A stretch of 64,000 nt of DNA from NCBI GenBank assembly GCA_964016885.1, contig OZ024742.1:166656001-166720000 (forward strand). The letters run 5' to 3'. Positions 12,326 to 24,224 of the stretch are shown here, in pieces. This DNA is from Eledone cirrhosa (taxonomy: Eukaryota). Under the pieces are notes generated by a model. That model ran no database searches. It was not told where the DNA came from and saw nothing but the letters and a program-made list of their open reading frames with translations. The first letter of the stretch is position 1. The number at the start of each line of letters is the position of its first letter. Made by a program: the position numbers and the translations under genes.

Positions 12326-15300
12326 TCAGGGGGAGATAATTTGTAAAAACAAAATCAAGGGCAGATAATTTCCAGCTGTCCAAGGGGAGATAATTTCCAG
12401 CCGTGCAAGGGGAGATAATTTCCAGCCGTCCAAGGGGAGATAATTTCCATCCTTCCAAGGGGAGATAATGTCCAGCCGTCCAAGGGGAGATAATTTCCCG
12501 CCAGCCAAGGGAAGATAATTTTTAAAAAAATCAGGCGGAGATTGTAAAAAAAATCAGGGGGAGATAATTTGTAAAAAAAAAATCAGGGGGAGATAATTTG
12601 TAAAAAAAATCAGGGGTAGATAATTTTTAAAAAAAAATCAGGGGGAGATAATTTGTAAAAAAAAATCAGGGGGAGATAATTTCTAAAAAAATCAAGGGGA
12701 GATAATATGCAGCCGTCCAAGGGGAGATAATTTTCAGCCGTCCAAGGAGAGGTAATTTCTAGCCGTCCAAGGGGAGATAATTTCCAGCCGTCCAAGGGGA
12801 GATAATTTCCAGCCGTCCAAGGGGAGATAGTTTTTTTAAAAAAATCAGGCGGAGATAATTTGTAAAAAAAAAATCAGGGGGAGATAATTTGTAAAAAAAA
12901 ATCAGGGGGAGATAATTTGTAAAAAAAAATCAGGGGGAGATAATTTGTAAAAAAAAATCAGGGGGAGATAATTTGTAAAAAAAAATCAGGGGGAGATAAT
13001 TTGTAAAAAAAAATCAGGGGGAGATAATTTGTAAAAAAAATCAGGGGGAGATAATTAGTAAAAAAAATCAAGGGGAGATAATTTCCAGCCGTCCAAGGGG
13101 AGGTAATATCTAGCCGTCCAAGGGGAGATAATTTCCAGCCGTCCAAGGGGAGATAATTTCCAGCCGTCCAAGGGTAGATAATATCCAGCCGTCCAAGTAG
13201 ACATATTTTCTAGCCGTCCAAGGGGAGATAAATTCCAGCCTCCAAGGGGAGATAATTTCCAGCCAGCCAAGGGGAGATAATTTGTAAAAAAATCAGGGGG
13301 AGATAATTTGTAAAAAAAATCAGGGGGAGATAATTTGTAAAAAAAAATCAGGGGGAGATAATTTGTAAAAAAAAATCAGGGGGAGATAATTTGTAAAAAA
13401 AATCAAGGGGAGATAATTTGTAAAAAAAAATCAGGGGGAGATAATTTGTAAAAAAAAATCAGGGGGAGATAATTTGTAAAAAAAAATCAGGGGGAGATAA
13501 TTTGTAAAAAAAATCAAGGGGAGATAATTTCCAGCCGTCCAAGGAGAGATAATTTTAAAAAAAAATCAGGCGGAGATAATTTGTAAAAAAAAATCAGGGG
13601 GAGATAATTTGTAAAAAAAAATCAGGGGGAGATAATTTGTAAAAAAAATCAAGGGGAGATAATTTCCAGCCGTCCAAGGGGAGATAATTTCCAGCCGTCC
13701 AAGGGGAGATAATTTTTTTAAAAAAATCAGGCGGAGATAATTTGTAAAAAAAATCAGGGGGAGATAATTTGTAAAAAAAAATCAGGGGGAGATAATTTGT
13801 AAAAAAAAATCAGGGGGAGATAATTTCCAGCCGTCCAAGGTAAGATAATTTCCAGCCCTCCAAGGGGCTATAATTTCCAGCCGTCCAAGGGTAGATAATT
13901 TCCAGCCGTCCAAGGGGAGATAATTTCCCGCCAGCCAAGGGAAGATAATTTTTAAAAAAATCAGGCGGAGATTGTAAAAAAAATCAGGGGGAGATAATTT
14001 GTAAAAAAATCAGGGGGAGATAATTTGTAAAAAAAATCAGGGGGAGATAATTTGTAAAAAAAAAATCAGGGGGAGATAATTTGTAAAAAAAATCAGGGGT
14101 AGATAATTTGTAAAAAAAAATCAGGGGGAGATAATTTGTAAAAAAAATCAGGGGGAGATAATTTGTAAAAAAATCAAGGGGAGATAATATGCAGCCGTCC
14201 AAGGGGAGATAATTTTCAGCCGTCCAAGGAGAGGTAATTTCTAGCCGTCCAAGGGGAGATAATTTCCAGCCGTCCAAGGGGAGATAATTTCCAGCCGTCC
14301 AAGGGGAGATAGTTTTTTTAAAAAAATCAGGCGGAGATAATTTGTAAAAAAAAAATCAGGGGGAGATAATTTGTAAAAAAAAATCAGGGGGAGATAATTT
14401 GTAAAAGAAATTCAGGGGGAGATAATTTGTAAAAAAAATCAGGGGGAGATAATTAGTAAAAAAAATCAAGGGGAGATAATTTCCAGCCGTCCAAGGGGAG
14501 GTAATATCTAGCCGTCCACGGGGAGATAATTTCCAGCCGTCCAAGGGGAGATAATTTCCAGCCGTCCAAGGGGAGATAATATCCAGCCGTCCAAGTAGAC
14601 ATATTTTCCAGCCGTCCAAGGAGAGGTAATTTCTAGCCGTCCAAGGGGAGATAAATTCCAGCCTCCAAGGGGAGATAATTTCCAGCCAGCCAAGGGGAGA
14701 TAATTTGTAAAAAAATCAGGGGGAGATAATTTGTAAAAAAAAATCAGGGGGAGATAATTTGTAAAAAAAAATCAGGGGGAGATAATTTGTAAAAAAAATC
14801 AGGGGGAGATAATTTGTAAAAAAAAATCAGGGGGAGATAATTTGTAAAAAAAAATCAGGGGGAGATAATTTGTAAAAAAAAATCAGGGGGAGATAATTTG
14901 TAAAAAAAATCAAGGGGAGATAATTTCCAGCCGTCCAAGGGGAGATAATTTCCAGCCGTCCAAGGGGAGGTAATATCTAGCCGTCCAAGGGGAGATAATT
15001 TCCAGCCGTCCAAGAGGAGATAATTTCCAGCCGTCCAAGGGTAGATAATATCCAGCCGTCCAAGGAGACATATTTTCCAGCCGTCCAAGGAGAGGTAATT
15101 TCTAGCCGTCCAAGGGGAGATAAATTCCAGCCTCCAAGGGGAGATAATTTCCAGCCAGCCAAGGGGAGATAATTTGTAAAAAAAATCAGGGGGAGATAAT
15201 TTGTAAAAAAAATCAGGGGGAAATAATTTGTAAAAAAAAATCAGGGGGAGATAATTTGTAAAAAAAATCAGGGGGAGATAATTTGTAAAAAAAAATCAAG

Positions 15301-18300
15301 GGGAGATAATTTCCAGCCGTCCAAGGGGAGATAATTTTCAGCCGCCCAAGGGGAGATAATTTCCCGCCAGCCAAGGGAAGATAATATTTAAAAAATCAGG
15401 CGGAGATAATTTGTAAAAAAAATCAGGGGGAGATAATTTGTAAAAAAAATCAGGGGGAGATAATTTGTAAAAAAAAATCAGGGGGAGATAATTTGTAAAA
15501 AAAATCAGGGGGAGATGATTTGTAAAAAAAATCAGGGGTAGATAATTTGTAAAAAAAAATCAGGGGGAGATAATTTGTAAAAAAAAATCAGGGGGAGATA
15601 ATTTGTAAAAAAAATCAAGAGGAGATAATTTCCAGCCGTCGAAGGGAAGATAATTTCCAGCCCTCCAAGGGGCTATAATTTCCAGCGTCCAAGGGGAGAT
15701 AATTTCCAGCCAGCGAAGGGGAGATAATTTTTTTAAAAAAATCATTGGGAGATTTGTAAAAAAAATCAGGGGGAGATAATTTGTAAAAAAAATCAAGGGG
15801 AGATAATTTCCAGCCGTCCAAGGGGAGGTAATATCTAGCCATCCAAGGGGAGATAATTTCCAGCCGTCCAAGGGGAGATAATTTCCAGCCGTCCAAGGGT
15901 AGATAATATCCAGCCGTCCAAGTAGACATTTTCCAGCCGTCCAAGGAGAGGTAATTTCTAGCCGTCCAAGGGGAGATAAATTCCAGCCTCCAAGGGGAGA
16001 TAATTTCCAGCCAGCCAAGGGGAGATAATTTGTAAAAAAATCAGGGGGAGATAATTTGTAAAAAAAATCAGGGGGAGATAATTTGTAAAAAAAAATCAGG
16101 GGTAGATAATTTGTAAAAAAAAATCAGGGGGAGATAATTTGTAAAAAAAAATCAGGGGGAGATAATTTGTAAAAAAAATCAAGGGGAGATAATTTCCAGC
16201 CGTCCAAGGGGAGATAATTTTCAGCCGTCCAAGGGGAGATAATTTGCAGCCGTCCAAGGGGAGATAATTTCCATCCTTCCAAGGGGAGATAATTTGTAAA
16301 AAAAAATCAGGGGGAGATAATTTGTAAAAAAAATCAAGGGGAGATAATTTCCAGCCGTCCAAGGGGAGATAATTTTCAGCCGTCCAAGGGGAGATAATTT
16401 CCCGCCAGCCAAGGTAAGATAATATTTAAAAAAATCAGGCGGAGATAATTTGTAAAAAAAATCAGGGGGAGATAATTTGTAAAAAAATCAGGGGGAGATA
16501 ATTTGTAAAAAAAAAATCAGGGGGAGATAATTTGTAAAAAAAATCAGGGCTAGATAATTTGTAAAAAAAAATCAGGGGTAGATAATTTGTAAAAGAAAAT
16601 CAGGGGGAGATAATTTGTAAAAAAAATCAAGGGGAGATAATTTCCAGCCGTCCAAGGAGAGATAATTTTAAAAAAAAATCAGGCGGAGATAATTTGTAAA
16701 AAAAAATCAAGGGGAGATAATTTGTAAAAAAAATCAGGGGGAGATAATTTGTAAAAAAAAATCAAGGGGAGATAATTTCCAGCCGTCCAAGGGAAGATAA
16801 TTTCCAGCACTCCAAGGGGCTATAATTTCCAGTGTCCAAGGGGAGATAATTTCCAGCCAGCGAAGGGGAGATAATTTTTTTAAAAAAATCAGGGGGAGAT
16901 ATGTAAAAAAAATCAGAGGGAGATTATTTCTAAAAAAAATCAAAGGGAGATAATTTCCAGCCGTCCAAAGAGAGATAATTTCTAGCCGTCCAAGGGGAGA
17001 TAATTTCCAGCCAAGAGGATATAATTTCCAGCCGTCCAAGGGGAGATAATTTTTTAAAAAATCAGGTGGAGATAATTTGTAAAAAAAATCAGGGGGAGAT
17101 AATTTGTAAAAACAAAATCAAGGGCAGATAATTTCCAGCTGTCCAAGGGGAGATAATTTCCAGCCGTCCAAGGGGAGATAATTTCCATCCTTCCAAGGGG
17201 AGATAATCTCCAGCCGTCCAAGGGGAGATAATTTCCCGCCAGCCAAGGGAAGATAATTTTTAAAAAAATCAGGCGGAGATTGTAAAAAAAATCAGGGGGA
17301 GATAATTTGTAAAAAAATCAGGGGGAGATAATTTGTAAAAAAAAAATCAGGGGAGATAATTTGTAAAAAAAAATCAGGGGGAGATAATTTGTAAAAAAAA
17401 AATCAGGGGGAGATAATTTGTAAAAAAAATCAGGGGTAGATAATTTGTAAAAAAAAATCAGGGGGAGATAATTTGTAAAAAAAAATCAGGGGGAGATAAT
17501 TTGTAAAAAAATCAAGGGGAGATAATATGCAGCCGTCCAAGGGGAGATAATATGCAGCCGTCCAAGGGGAGATAATTTTCAGCCGTCCAAGGAGAGGTAA
17601 TTTCTAGCCGTCCAAGGGGAGATAATTTCCAGCCGTCCAAGGGGAGATAATTTCCAGCCGTCCAATGGGAGATAGTTTTTTAAAAAAAATCAGGCGGAGA
17701 TAATTTGTAAAAAAAAAATCAGGGGGAGATAATTTGTAAAAAAAAATCAGGGGTAGATAATTTGTAAAAAAAATCAGAGGGAGATAATTTGTAAAAAAAA
17801 TCAGGGAGAGATAATTAGTAAAAAAAATCAAGGGGAGATAATTTCCAGCCGTCCAAGTAGACATATTTTCCAGCCGTCCAAGGAGAGGTAATTTCTAGCC
17901 GTCCAAGGGGAGATAAATTCCAGCCTCCAAGGGGAGATAATTTCCAGCCAGCCAAGGGGAGATAATTTGTAAAAAAATCAGGGGGAGATAATTTGTAAAA
18001 AAAATCAGGGGGAGATAATTTGTAAAAAAAAATCAGGGGGAGATAATTTGTAAAAAAAATCAGGGGGAGATAATTTGTAAAAAAAAATCAGGGGGAGATA
18101 ATTTGTAAAAAAAAATCAGGGGGAGATAATTTGTAAAAAAAAAATCAGGGGGAGATAATTTGTAAAAAAAATCAAGGGGAGATAATTTCCAGCCGTCCAA
18201 GGGGAGATAATTTCCAGCCGTCCAAGGGGAGGTAATATCTAGCCGTCCAAGGGGAGATAATTTCCAGCCGTCCAAGAGGAGATAATTTCCAGCCGTCCAA

Positions 18301-21300
18301 GGGAAGATAATTTCAAGCCCTCCAAGGGGCTATAATTTCCAGTGTCCAAGGGGAGATAATTTCCAGCCAGCGAAGGGGAGATAATTTTTTTTTAAAAATC
18401 AGGGGGAGATTTGTAAAAAAAATCAGGGGGAGATAATTTGTAAAAAAAATCAAGGGGAGATAATTTCCAGCCGTCGAAGGGAAGATAATTACCAGCCCTC
18501 CAAGGGGCTATAATTTCCAGCGTCCAAGGGGAGATAATTTCCAGCCAGCGAAGGGGAGATAATTTTTTTAAAAAAATCATTGGGAGATTCGTAAAAAAAA
18601 TCAGGGAGAGATAATTTGTAAAAAAAATCAAGGGGAGATAATTTCCAGCCGTCCAAGGGGAGGTAATATCTAGCCGTCCAAGGGGAGATAATTTCCAGCC
18701 GTCCAAGGGGAGATAATTTCCAGCCGTCCAAGGGTAGATAATATCCAGCCGTCCAAGTAGACATTTTCCAGCCGTCCAAGGAGAGGTAATTTCTAGCCGT
18801 CCAAGGGGAGATAAATTCCAGCCTCCAAGGGGAGATAATTTCCAGCCCGCCAAGGGGAGATAATTTGTAAAAAAATCAGGGGGAGATAATTTGTAAAAAA
18901 AATCAGGGGGAGATAATTTGTAAAAAAAATCAGGGGGAGATAATTTGTAAAAAAAAATCAGGGGGAGATAATTTGTAAAAAAAATCAAGGGGAGATAATT
19001 TGCAGCCGTCCAAGGGGAGATAATTTTCAGCCGTCCAAGGAGAGGTAATTTCTAGCCGTCCAAGGTGAGATAATATCCAGCCGTCCAAGGGGAGATAATT
19101 TCCAGCCGTCCAAGGGGAGATAATTTAAAAAAAAAAACAGGCGAAGATAATTTGTAAAAAAAAAATCAGGGGGAGATAATTTGTAAAAAAAAATCAGGGG
19201 GAGATAATTTGTAAAAAAAAATCAGGGGGAGGTAATTTGTAAAAAAAATCAAGGGGAGATAATTTCCAGCCGTCCAAGGGAAGATAATTTCCAGCCGTCC
19301 AAGGAGAGATAATTTTAAAAAAAAATCAGGCGGAGATAATTTGTAAAAAAAATCAGGGGGAGATAATTTGTAAAAAAAAATCAGGGGGAGATAATTTGTA
19401 AAAAAAATCAAGGGGAGATAATTTCCAGCCGTCCAAGGGGAGATAATTTTCAGCCGTCCAAGGGGAGATAATTTCCAGCCGTCCAAGGGGAGATAATTTA
19501 AAAAAAAAATCAGGCGGAGATAATTTGTAAAAAAAATCAAGGGGAGATAATTTCCAGCTGTCCAAGGGGAGGTAATATCTAGCCGTCCAAGGGGAGATAA
19601 TTTCCAGCCGTCCAAGGGGAGATAATTTCCAGCCGTCCAAGGGTAGATAATATCCAGCCGTCCAAGGAGACATATTTTCCAGCCGTCCAAGGAGAGGTAA
19701 TTTCTAGCCGTCCAAGTGGAGATAAATTCCAGCCTCCAAGGGGAGATAATTTCCAGCCAGCCAAGGGGAGATAATTTGTAAAAAAATCAGGGGGAGATAA
19801 TTTGTAAAAAAAATCAGGGGGAGATAATTTGTAAAAAAAAATCAGGGGGAGATAATTTGTAAAAAAAATCAGGGGAGATAATTTGTAAAAAAAATCAAGG
19901 GGAGATAATTTACAGCCGTCCAAGGGGAGATAATTTTCAGCCGTCCAAGGGGAGATAATTTCCCGCCAGCCAAGGGAAGATAATATTTAAAAAATGAGGC
20001 GGAGATAATTTGTAAAAAAAAATCAGGGGTAGATAATTTGTAAAAAAAATCAGGGGGAGATAATTTGTAAAAAAAATCAAGGGGAGATAATTTCCAGCCG
20101 TCCAAGGAGAGATAATTTTTAAAAAAAATCAGGCGGAGATAATTTGTAAAAAAAAAATCAGGGGGAGATAATTTGTAAAAAAAAATCAGGGGGAGATAAT
20201 TTGTAAAAAAAATCAAGGGGAGATAATTTCCAGCCGTCCAAGGGGAGATAATTTTCAGCCGTCCAAGGGGAGATAATTTCCAGCCGTCCAAGGGGAGATA
20301 ATTTAAAAAAAAAATCAGGCGGAGATAATTTGTAAAAAAAATCAAGGGGAGATAATTTGCAACCGTCCAAGGGGACATAATTTTCAGTCGTCCAAGGAGA
20401 GGTAATTTCTAGCCGTACAAGGGGAGATAATTTCCAGCCGTCCAAGGGGATATAATTTCCAGCCGTCCAAGGGGAGATAATTTTTTTTTAAAAATCAGGC
20501 GGAGATAATTTGTAAAAAAAAAATCAGGGTGAGATAATTTGTAAAAAAAAATCAGGGGGAGATAATTTGTAAAAAAAAATCAGGGGGAGATAATTTGTAA
20601 AAAAAATCAAGGGGAGATAATTTCCAGCCGTCCAAGGGAAGATAATTTCCAGCCCTCCAAGGGGCTATAATTTCCAGCGTCCAAGGGGAGATAATTTCCA
20701 GCCAGCGAAGGGGAGATAATTGTTTTAAAAAAATCATTGGGAGATTTGTAAAAAAAATCAGGGGGAGATAATTAATAAAAAAAATCAAGGGGAGATAATT
20801 TCCAGCCGTCCAAGGGGAGGTAATATCTAGCCGTCCAAGGGGAGATAATTTCCAGCCGTCCAAGGGGAGATAATTTCCAGCCGTCCAAGGGTAGATAATA
20901 TCCAGCCGTCCAAGGAGACATATTTTCCAGCCGTCCAAGGAGAGGTAATTTCTAGCCGTCCAAGGGGAGATAAATTCCAGCCTCCAAGGGGAGATAATTT
21001 CCAGCCAGCCAAGGGGAGATAATTTGTAAAAAAATCAGGGGGAGATAATTTGTAAAAAAAATCAGGGGTAGATAATTTGTAAAAAAAAATCAGGGGGAGA
21101 TAATTTGTAAAAAAAAATCAGGGGGAGATAATTTGTAAAAAAAATCAAGGGGAGATAATTTCCAGCCGTCCAAGGAGAGATAATTTTAAAAAAAAATCAG
21201 GCGGAGATAATTTGTAAAAAAAAATCAGGGGGAGATAATTTGTAAAAAAAAATCAGGGGGAGATAATTTGTAAAAAAAATCAAGGGGAGATAATTTCCAG

Positions 21301-24224
21301 CCGTCCAAGGGGAGATAATTTCCAGCCGTCCAAGGGGAGATAATTTTTTTAAAAAAATCAGGCGGAGATAATTTGTAAAAAAAATCAGGGGGAGATAATT
21401 TGTAAAAAAAAATCAGGGGGAGATAATTTGTAAAAAAAAATCAGGGGGAGATAATTTCCAGCCGTCCAAGGTAAGATAATTTCCAGCCCTCCAAGGGGCT
21501 ATAATTTCCAGCCGTCCAAGGGTAGATAATATCCAGCCGTCCAAGTAGACATATTTTCCAGCCGTTCAAGGAGAGGTAATTTCTAGCCGTCCAAGGGGAG
21601 ATAAATTCCAGCCTCCAAGGGGAGATAATTTCCAGCCAGCCAAGGGGAGATAATTTGTAAAAAAATCAGGGGGAGATAATTTGTAAAAAAAATCAGGGGG
21701 AGATAATTTGTAAAAAAAAATCAGGGGGAGATAATTTGTAAAAAAAAATCAGGGGGAGATAATTTGTAAAAAAAAATCAGGGGGAGATAATTTGTAAAAA
21801 AAATCAAGGGGAGATAATTTCCAGCCGTCCAAGGGGAGATAATTTTCAGCCGTCCAAGGGGAGATAATTTCCAGCCGTCCAAGGGGAGATAATTTCCATC
21901 CTTCCAAGGGGAGATAATTTCCAGCCGTCCAAGGGGAGATAATTTTCAGCCGTCCAAGGGGAGATAATTTCCCGCCAGCCAAGGGAAGATAATATTTTAA
22001 AAAATCAGGCGGAGATAATTTGTAAAAAAAATCAGGGGGAGATAATTTGTAAAAAAATCAGGGGGAGATAATTTGTAAAAAAAAAATCAGGGGGAGATAA
22101 TTTGTAAAAAAAATCAGGGGGAGATAATTTGTAAAAAAAAATCAGGGGTAGATAATTTGTAAAAAAAAATCAGGGGGAGATAATTTGTAAAAAAAAATCA
22201 GGGGGAGATAATTTGTAAAAAAAATCAGGGAGAGATAATTTGTAAAAAAAAATCAGGGGGAGATAATTTCCGGCCGTCCAAGGGGAGATAATTTTCAGCC
22301 GTCCAAGGGGAGATAATTTCCCGCCAGCCAAGGGAAGATAATATTTAAAAAAATCAGGCGGAGATAATTTGTAAAAAAAATCAGGGGGAGATAATTTGTA
22401 AAAAAATCAGGGGGAGATAATTTGTAAAAAAAATCAAGGGGAGATAATTTCCAGCCGTCCAAGGGGAGGTAATATCTAGCCGTCCAAGGGGAGATAATTT
22501 CCAGCCGTCCAAGTGGAGATAATTTCCAGCCGTCCAAGGGTAGATAATATCCAGCCGTCCAAGGAGACATATTTTCCAGCCGTCCAAGGAGAGGTAATTT
22601 CTAGCCGTCCAAGGGGAGATAAATTCCAGCCTCCAAGGGGAGATAATTTCCAGCCAGCCAAGGGGAGATAATTTGTAAAAAAAATCAGGGGGAGATAATT
22701 TGTAAAAAAAATCAGGGGGAGATAATTTGTAAAAAAATCAGGGGGAGATAATTTGTAAAAAAAAAATCAGGGGGAGATAATTTGTAAAAAAAATCAGGGG
22801 GAGATGATTTGTAAAAAAAAATCAGGGGTAGATAATTTGTAAAAAAAAATCAGGGGGTGATAATTTGTAAAAAAAAATCAGGGGGAGATAATTTGTAAAA
22901 AAAATCAAGGGGAGATAATTTCCAGCCGTCGAAGGGAAGATAATTTCCAGCCCTCCAAGGGGCTATAATTTCCAGCGTCCAAGGGGAGATAATTTCCAGC
23001 CGTCCAAGGGGAGATAATTTCCAGCCGTCCAAGGGTAGATAATATCCAGCCGTCCAAGTAGACATTTTCCAGCCGTCCAAGGAGAGGTAATTTCTAGCCG
23101 TCCAAGGGGAGATAAATTCCAGCCTCCAAGGGGAGATAATTTCCAGCCAGCCAAGGGGAGATAATTTGTAAAAAAATCAGGGGGAGATAATTTGTAAAAA
23201 AAATCAGGGGGAGATAATTTGTAAAAAAAAATCAGGGGGAGATAATTTGTAAAAACAATCAGGGGGAGATAATTTGTAAAAAAAATCAGGGGGAGATAAT
23301 TTGTAAAAAAAATCAAGGGGAGATAATTTCCAGCCGTCCAAGGGGAGATAATTTTCAGCCGTCCAAGGGGAGATAATTTCCAGCCGTCCAAGGGGAGATA
23401 ATTTCCATCCTTCCAAGGGGAGATAATTTCCAGCCGTCCAAGGGGAGATAATTTTCAGCCGTCCAAGGGGAGATAATTTCCCGCCAGCCAAGGGAAGATA
23501 ATATTTTAAAAAATCAGGCGGAGATAATTTGTAAAAAAAATCAGGGGGAGATAATTTGTAAAAAAATCAGGGGGAGATAATTTGTAAAAAAAAAATCAGG
23601 GGGAGATAATTTGTAAAAAAAATCAGGGGGAGATAATTTGTAAAAAAAAATCAGGGGTAGATAATTTGTAAAAAAAAATCAGGGGGAGATAATTTGTAAA
23701 AAAAAAATCAGGGGGAGATAATTTGTAAAAAAAATCAAGGGGAGATAATTTCCAGCCGTCCAAGGAGAGATAATTTTTAAAAAAAATCAGGCGGAGATAA
23801 TTTGTAAAAAAAAATCAAGGGGAGATAATTTGTAAAAAAAAATCAAGGGGAGATAATTTGTAAAAAAAAATCAAGGGGAGATAATTTGTAAAAAAAATCA
23901 AGGGGAGATAATTTCCAGCCGTCCAAGGGAAGATAATTTCCAGCACTCCAAGGGGCTATAATTTCCAGTGTCCAAGGGGAGATAATTTCCAGCCAGCGAA
24001 GGGGAGATAATTTTTTTAAAAAAATAAGGGGGAGATATGTAAAAAAAATCAGAGGGAGATAATTTCTAAAAAAAATCAAAGGGAGATAATTTCCAGCCGT
24101 CCAAAGAGAGATAATTTCTAGCCGTCCAAGGGGAGATAATTTCCAGCCAAGGGGAGATAATTTCCAGCCGTCCAAGGGGAGATAATTATTTAAAAAATCA
24201 GGTGGAGATAATTTGTAAAAAAAA
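12326..24224 (+). repeat. Y-type start, then a rearranged, more variant-rich HOR domain (about 13.9-21.4 kb; internal anchor at 17089), returning to X-type sequence
   Basis: Y markers at about 12612 and 13197. Then variants absent from regular X/Y units: CATTGGGAG (about 15743, 18578, 20735), ACAGGCGAAG (about 19137), AGGTGAGATAATAT (about 19063) and ATGAGGCGG (about 19994). Confidence 0.75.
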
